This document shows positions 13,001 to 22,000 of a stretch of 64,000 bases of DNA, piece by piece; the first letter of the stretch is position 1; each line of letters starts with the position of its first letter. The translations under genes were made by a program, and so were the position numbers. Below the pieces are notes generated by a model. It was not told the DNA's origin. It ran no database searches and saw only the letters and a list, made by a program, of their open reading frames with translations. Source of the DNA: Alteromonadaceae bacterium (GTDB lineage Bacteria > Pseudomonadota > Gammaproteobacteria > Enterobacterales > Alteromonadaceae). The stretch covers positions 70,292 to 134,291 of the forward strand of contig CBFHMJ010000028.1 of NCBI GenBank assembly GCA_965656875.1, written 5' to 3'.

Positions 13001-16000
13001 TATCCGGTTTTAGTTATCAACCTGCTGATGGCAATCGTCCGATAATTGCCGCAACAGCGACGGAAGTGCTGGTTACTGAATACGGCGAGTTGACGGTGAC
13101 TCAGGTGGATGGCGCTGATACGGCTGACTGGCAGTTTGAAGCGAATCCTCGTCCACAACCGGACAGTATTGATATCACCTTACATGCCTCTTCCGGCGAT
13201 GTGACTCAAACGATTGATCTTACCACTGTTAATGCCACGCCAGTGTTGGCAACCAGTCTGAGCGCTTTAACAGATTTCACGACACCTCGCGTTGTACTTT
13301 CTGGCTATCAGCAAGTTGCTGAAGATGCCGGTTCACTGGATTTGACCGTTCAGCTGATGACATCGGATGGCAGCGAACCACTGCAAGCCACTGAAAATAT
13401 GAATGTATATTACAGCGTAGCTCAACCGGGAGTCACTGATCCGGGCAATATGGCATTAAATCTGGCCGCGCTTACCGGTAGCAGTAATGTTGACTTACAC
13501 ACAGCTCGTTCTGTCGTGTTAACGGAACCGTTAGTGTTACAAAACAACACGCTGGAACCCTTTACGTTAGAAGCCTGGATTAACCCTACGGCGGCGGGCG
13601 ACACACAAGGACTGTTCAAAGGTACTAAAACAGATGGTAGCGGTATTGACCTGATGAGCCTGGAAGGTGGTGAGTTGACGGTGCCGGGTGGCTTTAGTGC
13701 GCCATTACCGGACGCGGTTGCTGACATGAAAGGTTTCGTGGTTGCCTGGCAAGTAAGTGAATCCCGGCAAGCATTATTTATTAATGGTGAAAAAGTTGCT
13801 GAAACCGATACCGGGCTGGCTGATAAAGCACCGCTGGCATTGACGCGTATTGGTGATAACAGCAAGGGCTACTTTAACGGCTATATCGATGAAGTGCGAG
13901 TATGGAACCGGGCACGTACCGAGCAGGAAATTATGGAATCCTGGTTGACTGCGCTGGTCGATGAAGAGGGCGATAAAGACGGTCTGGAGGGCTACTGGTC
14001 GTTCAATGACTTTATGTTGCTAAACAGCGAGTCGGATGTTCAGGCAGCAGAATTAATTAATGCAGACGGTGCCGTAATTGACACGGAGCTACAGGCTGTA
14101 CAACGTGAAATCTGGTTGGTTAAACAATCGGCGCAAACGGGCCTGGATTATACCGGTCTGAGCAGTGAACCGGTTCGTGCGACCAATGTATTTGCGCTGA
14201 CGGCTGATCAGACCAAAGGCCGTACTACTTTTGCTATTGGGGATCTAAACGGTGACCAGTTAATGGATGCTGTTGTGGTCAATCAGGTTGGTGACCTGGT
14301 CGCGTATCTGGCCGGAGAGTCACGATCTAGAACTCAACAACGTAATGCATTACCAACATTCCAGCGTGTTGAGCTGGGCCATAATCTGGGCGATGCCGTG
14401 CCTGTGGTATTGACCGATATCGACGGCGACCGCGATCTGGATATTCTTGCCGGTCTGCCCAATGCACGACTGTCTGTCTTACGGAATGAAGCAACAGCGG
14501 GCCGGACGGTTGGTTCAGCAGCACTTTTATTTACCAAACCACAATCAGTGGCAATCGAAGCACCTGCGTTAGCTGCGTTGTCGGCCAGCCGTGGTGATAG
14601 CCTGCCAGCACTGACGCCAGCCATTGTTGGCAATAACCTGATGTTATTGATTGGTAATGAATTACACCGTTTATCACTGTCCCCACAGGGCAGCAATATT
14701 AAAGCGGTTGCTACGTCAGCGAAAGTTCATCACCTTGCCTTATCAAAACGGTTGAATAATCGTCAGCGTCAAGTGCAACTGGTCGATTTAGACCAGGATG
14801 GCGATCATGATTTGATCGTCGATACGTTGCGTAATAAACCGGGCCAGGGTACAGGGGCGCTGAACTATCTGGAAAACTACGGCACGGATGAGAACCCGGT
14901 CTATTTCCCGGCTCCGCGCAGTTATATCGCGCGTCAGTTATTGCAGGATGATCGCTATTTATCGCCAGCTTATCGAGTGCCTGGTCGTAAATATCACCCG
15001 TTCGATCAGGTGGAGTATCATCAGGTCGTTGATTTTAATGGTGATGGTTATCAGGACCGGGTTGTGAGTGATAACTATGGTCAAATCCATGTCTATCAAT
15101 CGACGGGTTATGAACATGTCACGATTAACGCTGGTGAAGACAGTGCGACGATTTCTCTGGATATTATTGACGATAACCGGGTTGAACGGATTGAAGATAT
15201 TCAGCTGCAACTGGTCGAAGGTAAACCAACTGAAGCGGAATATCATTTTGCCAGTGGTTACGACCGCGCCATCATCGAGATTGCAGATAACGATGAGCCT
15301 GGATTCATCGTGACTGAATCTGGCAATGATGTGGCACTGACTGAGCAGGAGATCTCCGAAACCGGTGCCGCAGTCGCCTGGCTGGTGTCATTAAACAGCC
15401 AACCACAACGAGATGTGACGGTTCGTCTTGCCAGTAGCAATCCGGTCAACGGTGCGTTGGTGGCGCTGAATGGTCCGTCAGGTGTGGCTGATGACCGTTT
15501 GTTCGGTGACTCGGTGCAACTGACTTTCACCACGCAACAGGATGACTGGTCTACTCCGCAGACTGTGTGGGTGAAAGGTATTGATGATGCGATGGATGAT
15601 CCGCGAGCGCCGTTTATTTTTGCGCTGGTTGGAAGTAGTGGCGACAAAGTGTATGACAAACGCACGGCGGTCATTAATGCGGTAAGTGTGGATAACAATG
15701 ATGAAGCACTCATTTCGCTGGATTATGCCTCGGTGCCGAACATCGACAGCAGCGGTGCTGTGGTATCGGGCGAAGGCCAGGTTAATACTGTATCTGTCAA
15801 ATTAAATGCTCAGCCAGAAGAGTTACTGACGCTGACGCTAAAACCAACCGATCGCGAGCTGACATTATTCCCACAACGCCAGTTAGTCAGAGCGTTGAAA
15901 TCATCGAATGACCAAATCCAACAAGTTTATGCACGTACTGCATCAGCAACGACGTGTGATTTACCGAGCGGTCAAACCGGTGTATTAGCGCTGGACGATT

Positions 16001-19000
16001 TTGGTAACTGGTGCTGGTCCGAAAACGGTGAGTATCGTTTCGAACAAACCCGTTTCCCGACGCGAGTACAAAACCGGGGTGTTCAGCTAGAACACATGGC
16101 GTTTGTGATTGATAACAGTTACGGCAGTTTAAGCACAGAAACCCTGAGCGCCAGATTGAACGGACTGGATCAGTCAGATACACCGCCAGGCATTGTGGTA
16201 CTGGATTTAGTGGCAAATGATATTGTGGCTGATGCCGGTGCAATGGAATTGAAGCGTATCGAAACGGAGGTTAATTCTGGTGAAGGCGAACCGGAGCTTG
16301 TCAGTCTTGTGGGCTTCGCCGTTCGACCTGCTACCCGCCCTGGTCATAATGAAACGATTGATATTACCGTGACAGGTGCGAACGGTAATCCAACTTTCAG
16401 TTTTGATCGAAACAACTGGCAACTGTGGCAACGAGTTGATGATGAAGCGTTGTGTGACGGTGCAACTGTTTCAGTTGCGGCAACCATTACCAACCTTGAC
16501 GGCACCGAAGATTACGGTGTTACGAAAGAAATGTCTGTGGCTGACAGTGTTACGCCTCACCTGATGATTCAGGACTGGCGCACACAAGCGCTGTTAGCGG
16601 AAGGTGGTGATCTGAAATCTGTGTATGCGGATGATGACGGTACTGTCGTACTGAATGTTCGCCTGGCAACTGCGCCATCTGGCGATGTGACGGTTACTGC
16701 CGATACCGGTGAAAGTCTGACCTTCAACACCACCAATTTCGATCGTTGGCAGCGCCTAACGGTTGAAGCGGGCAGTGCTGACAGCCTGGTGCTTAGTTCA
16801 GCCGGTTACGGTACTGATCGAGAATTTACCGTCACCCAACAACCTTTAATGACACAACAGGGTAATTTCTTTGATGTTGCAGGTAGTCTGGCGGGTAACA
16901 GCATGACGCTGACCTTCACGCCGGATGACTGGCAACTGGCTCAAACTGTTGCCGTCAAAGCGGTGGATGATGAGAAAGTCGAATACACCTCAATATCAAC
17001 CATTGAACTGTTGCTGGCTGATCCGGATCAGGCCATTACGGGCGAGCTGGGTCACACACGCTGGTCGTCAGACGGTGAGATTAGCCTGAGCCTTAAGCCT
17101 GACATGGCAACGGGTTTTTACGTCGAAAAACGTTTATGGCTGACCAATGACGATGATAGCTACGACAATCACAGCCTGGATATTGTAGTGAATGTCACCG
17201 AACAAGATGATGGTCTTGAGGTTACGCAAGTCACAGAAGTCCTGGGCTATGTCGATGCAGAAGATTGTGTACGAGTTCAGGATGGGTGTGAAAACCCACC
17301 GGCAGCACTGACCTTTACTGAAGCCACAGACGGTAGCTGGACGACAACGTTGGATTTGAGTGGCACCACATTGACTGGTGTTGCTCTGCAACCGCTGGCG
17401 GCGTCTTTCCTCGCAAATCCTCCTGCACCAATTGAAGTTAGTGTGGAAGACAATGATCGCCCGGTTGTTCGCGCTGGTGTTGATTTGAATGCGAATGAAA
17501 ATACTCATCCGGGTTACTTCACTCTCTCAGTGATTGATCCGGTCGGTATTCCGGGCGGACTGGGCGTTCACTACGAAATTTTTGGTTTTAATGATGACAA
17601 TAACGAGGGTGCAACGGCAGAAACAGAACCACCTGCTGACGGTACTTTGAAAGATCCGGGTCCGGACTTCCAGGGCTACGAGATGATCAAAACCGGCACC
17701 TTGTTTATTCCGCAAGATAAAACTCGTGTCAGTTTACCTATCTTCCCGATTGATGATTTCACCCCGGAAGAAAGTCTGGCGGCTCGCTATGAAAAAGTGG
17801 TGTTGAAGATCAAAGAACCAACGGGTGATGGTGGCTACGGCAGTGACCAGTATCTGCTTGACGTCAAAGAACCTAAATACCAAACGGCGGGCGTTCGTAT
17901 TCTGGACAACGAAGAGGTTGGCCTGAAATACGTGATCCCAATGCAAGGGTTGACCGTTGATGAAGCAAACTTCAATGGCTTTAAAGTCGGTCTTACATCG
18001 CAACCACAAACTGAGGTGACGCTGTCTTTCTACAATACGCCAGTCACCAATCTGAACAGTCCTGACCTGTCATACATAAATGCATCTACCGTGACGTTTG
18101 ATAACACCAACTGGAATCAGTGGCGCGTTATTGATGTGCAGGTTTTTGAAAATCAGACGGATAATTCAGACAACAATGCACCGCGTTTCAGTGATTTGTA
18201 TTTCACCTTGCTGGATAAAAGCGATGGCAGCCAAGGCCTGGATTGTACTGGAGAGCCGACGGATGTGACGCAGTGTGAACCCTTCTTTAACACCATGAAA
18301 GGGGCGCTTAATCTGAGTGAGCCAGATGATCCGGCTGATAATGACGCGAAGACAATAGAGCTGAGCGACATTGATGTTGAAGGCGGGAAAACAGCCACGG
18401 GTGATTACGGCACAATTACGCTGACACCACTGAAAAACAACGATGGTGATGATGTTTACGTCGGTGATTTTGTCTATGTGCTGAACAATGGTGAATACGG
18501 CTCGGATGACCAGCAGACTCAAATCCTGGAAGCTATCGCCACATCAGCCACGAATGAAATTTATGATGTCTTCAGTTACGAAATGACACCAGCAGATGGC
18601 TCGGGTGCTGTCAGCCAGCAACTGGCGGTGCAGATCAGTTCACTGGAACGGATTAACTTTGCTGATAGCAGCGCGACAGACGACCCGGCAACCATTGCAT
18701 TCCCAGCTGGTTTGTACGGGAACATGCGTTTTGATTTCTCGGCAGATGTTCCAACCTATACCTACACCTTTGATCAAGATGCATTTGAGGCAAACCTGAG
18801 TCAGACCGATGACTGGCGCTTTACCGATTCATTTGTGTTTGAAATGGAAAGTGGTGCGAGCGCTGAAGACATTAGCCGTGAATTTATCGCCTTTAATATT
18901 TCGTTGAGCAAATACCTGGATAGTGATGGTGAAACGCAATATCACGTTGATGTGAACGGCAATGATGCCGAGGATTGCGATGCTAATGGAAACATGCTGT

Positions 19001-22000
19001 GCGGTAGTACGTCGGCGCGGACGGTCAATGGTGTTGTCGTGCCAGAAACAATTTCTGATGTGGATGAACAAGCTACGATTGGCTACACCGTGACTAAAGT
19101 CGGTGTACCGGCTCGTGTGCCGGTTGTGACACGCATGAGCTTGCGCGATAGCAGCGGTCAGGATTTATGGGTCGATAATCGTTTATTAAACGCCAATCCG
19201 TTATTCGACAGTAACAACATTAACGGTGCTGAAAGTCTGGTGCCGGTTGATGAGGTTATTGCCGGTGATGTCGGTGATCTGGTGATCAGTGCAAACGGAG
19301 ATTTTACTTACACAGTGAACGAGGCACAGCTTCGCGATGAACTGGAAACCACCGATCTACGGATTCTTCAGGATGAATTTGTCGCACAGCTTGATGACCA
19401 TTCTCGTGTTTCTATGACCTTCGTCTCAACACTTCAGGTCTACCAGGAACAGGAAAAACTGGTCGTGACTCTCAATGGTGAACTGCTCAGTAAAACCGAT
19501 GGTACAACCAACGAATTTACCGGTGATTTACTGTTAACCGATGAAAATCAAGCCAGTAAACCAACGGTAGAGCGTGTTGGTTATTTATCACACACCATCG
19601 TCGTTCGTGAAAAAGCACTGCCCGCCGTGGTGATCGCTGAAGGTATGGCGGAAGCAATGAACTTCCTGCAAGCCCGTTTTAATGATGCCAGCTTGCCGGT
19701 ATTTGGTCGTATGGGGGGCGGTCCGACAACGGATACCTCGGGTGATAAAGAAGAAGCGAAAGCACCAGGCTTTAGTGACCGCTTTATGACTTTGCTGGAA
19801 ACAAAAATTACGGCGCAACCTCACCTGACCAGCGAAGGACTGGCGAACATGATTAATGCGGTGTTGCAGGCAACGTTTGCGCAATACAACATTCCATTGC
19901 AGGTGCTGACGATAGATACAGAAAAAATTCTGATGAAATTCAGCTATATGTATGGCGTTAGTACGGCGACCGATGAGTTCAAAACTGACTGGGGTATGCC
20001 AGGCATGGGCCATTTCTCTGGCTCAGCAGCGGGTACGTTCAAAATTACGGCGGATCTCGTGTTTGGTGTGAATTTCCGGGGCGTGGAAACCGCCAGTGGT
20101 GATTCGAAAATGAAGCCAAAAGTGTTTGTGGTAACAGATAAAAACACACTGGAAGCTTTATTAGCGAAACCAAAAACGGAGCCGATGGACATCTATGATC
20201 TGAAAACCTGGAACGGCACCAGTATCTCGCAAAACGGCGTGCAGTTCCTTGGCCAGAATGACGCACGGTTTACTCAGGGGTCGAAAGCGCTGGAAGCGTT
20301 CAATACAAATGACATTAATAGTGGATTAAAAGCCGCGTCAGATTGTGTGAGTGATATTTGTCCGCAAATCAAATGGAAGTGGAAATCTGATAACAACAGC
20401 ATGAACTGGGAATTAAACAGCAATTCTGGTTCATCGGGTGGTGTGGATGATTTCTCAACAATAATCGGCACGGTGACGAATAACGGTGATGATGAATACG
20501 CCGATTTCATTGAAATCAGCCTGCATCAGCCACTGGCAATTGGCCCGGACACTGAATCCACAATTCAGCTGTCAGTCACTATTGATCCGAATGATTTAAT
20601 GAAATCTAACTACAAAAACAACGCGTTGAAGAAGGAATATCTGGAAGCAGTATTGCGTTACCTGGATGACAGCAATACTAAAATCCAGTTTGCTAATAAA
20701 CGCATCCAGGTGTTTGACATCTATACCGATCAGAATGACTCAGATAATGCACAGCAACGCCTGCATGAATCGCAAATTCTGACATTGGGATTTGAGATTG
20801 AAATCAAGGAAGAAGGCGCTACTGATCCGGTAGGTTTCCAACAGGATGCCTGGGTTGCTAAGCCGAAGTTGTTGGATAGTGTGCCTGATACGGTGGTTAC
20901 TGAGGACGAAATCCTGATTGCGGTAGATTCAACGCATACTGACAAAAACAACTTTGTCGATGTAGCGTGTAAAACTAACGCATCAGCCAGTGTGAAATGT
21001 GAGCCTTACGATCTGGAAGTTAATGCTGAATGGAAAACCGGTGGCACAACAACAAAACGCTTCCCGACGGACAAGAACGCCTTTAAATCTCAAACCAGTT
21101 ACAGCGAAACGGTTGAACTGAAAGATGCCAAACTGAAGTTAAAAGGCAAACTAACTGGTTCAGGCAACAGTAAAAAAGTGCGCTGGACCTGGGAGTTGTC
21201 GTCGCTGCCGATTAAATCGCTGGACTTTAACCTGAACACCAATTTGATTACGTTAAAGCCGATTAAATTGAATTCAGAACAGTCACAAAGCGCAAAAACG
21301 ATTGAGAATTACGTGATTACGCGCCACTTGTTGATGTTCCACAAAGGCGATCACACTGAAGCAACAGAAACTGTCTCCAAATTTACACTGGATGTCGCCG
21401 GATCGGTGGAATTCCGTGGTGATGCGCAGTTCTTTGCCATTGGCGGTTCGATCAATCAGGCTCGTTCAGCTCCAACCAATGCCGAAGCAGGTAGTTTGAT
21501 TCAACCTGACGAAGTGTTTGGACGACTTACCGGTGCAGCCAGTGCCAAATCAACAATTGTTGCGTTGGAAGAAGATAACAACAATGCAGACAATCCGGCC
21601 TTTGTGGTAGGCATGTACGGTGTGTTGGCGATTTCGGCTGATGGCTCGTACAGCTACTATCGCCGTCCGGAAATCGATCTGGAAAACTGGAATCTGAAGT
21701 GTCTGGATTATGAAGGTGAGCCGCACAGCCCGATGGATGCCTCGTTTAAAGCGTTGTGTAAAGACCTGTTGGCACTGGATGACAACGATAATCCGATGCA
21801 CTGGGATGATCCGACAACGTCTGACCCGGAAATCTCGTTCAAAGGTTATACGCTCAGCTGTGGTCCTTACGAAGAAGTAGCGTCAGGTGCTGCGACATGT
21901 CAGGTAACCAGCCCGGCGGTGATTTACGTTCCGGAAGATGCAGATACTCTGATTCGAAAAGGGGTTACTTCACTGGAAACCACGATCAACACTGAACTGG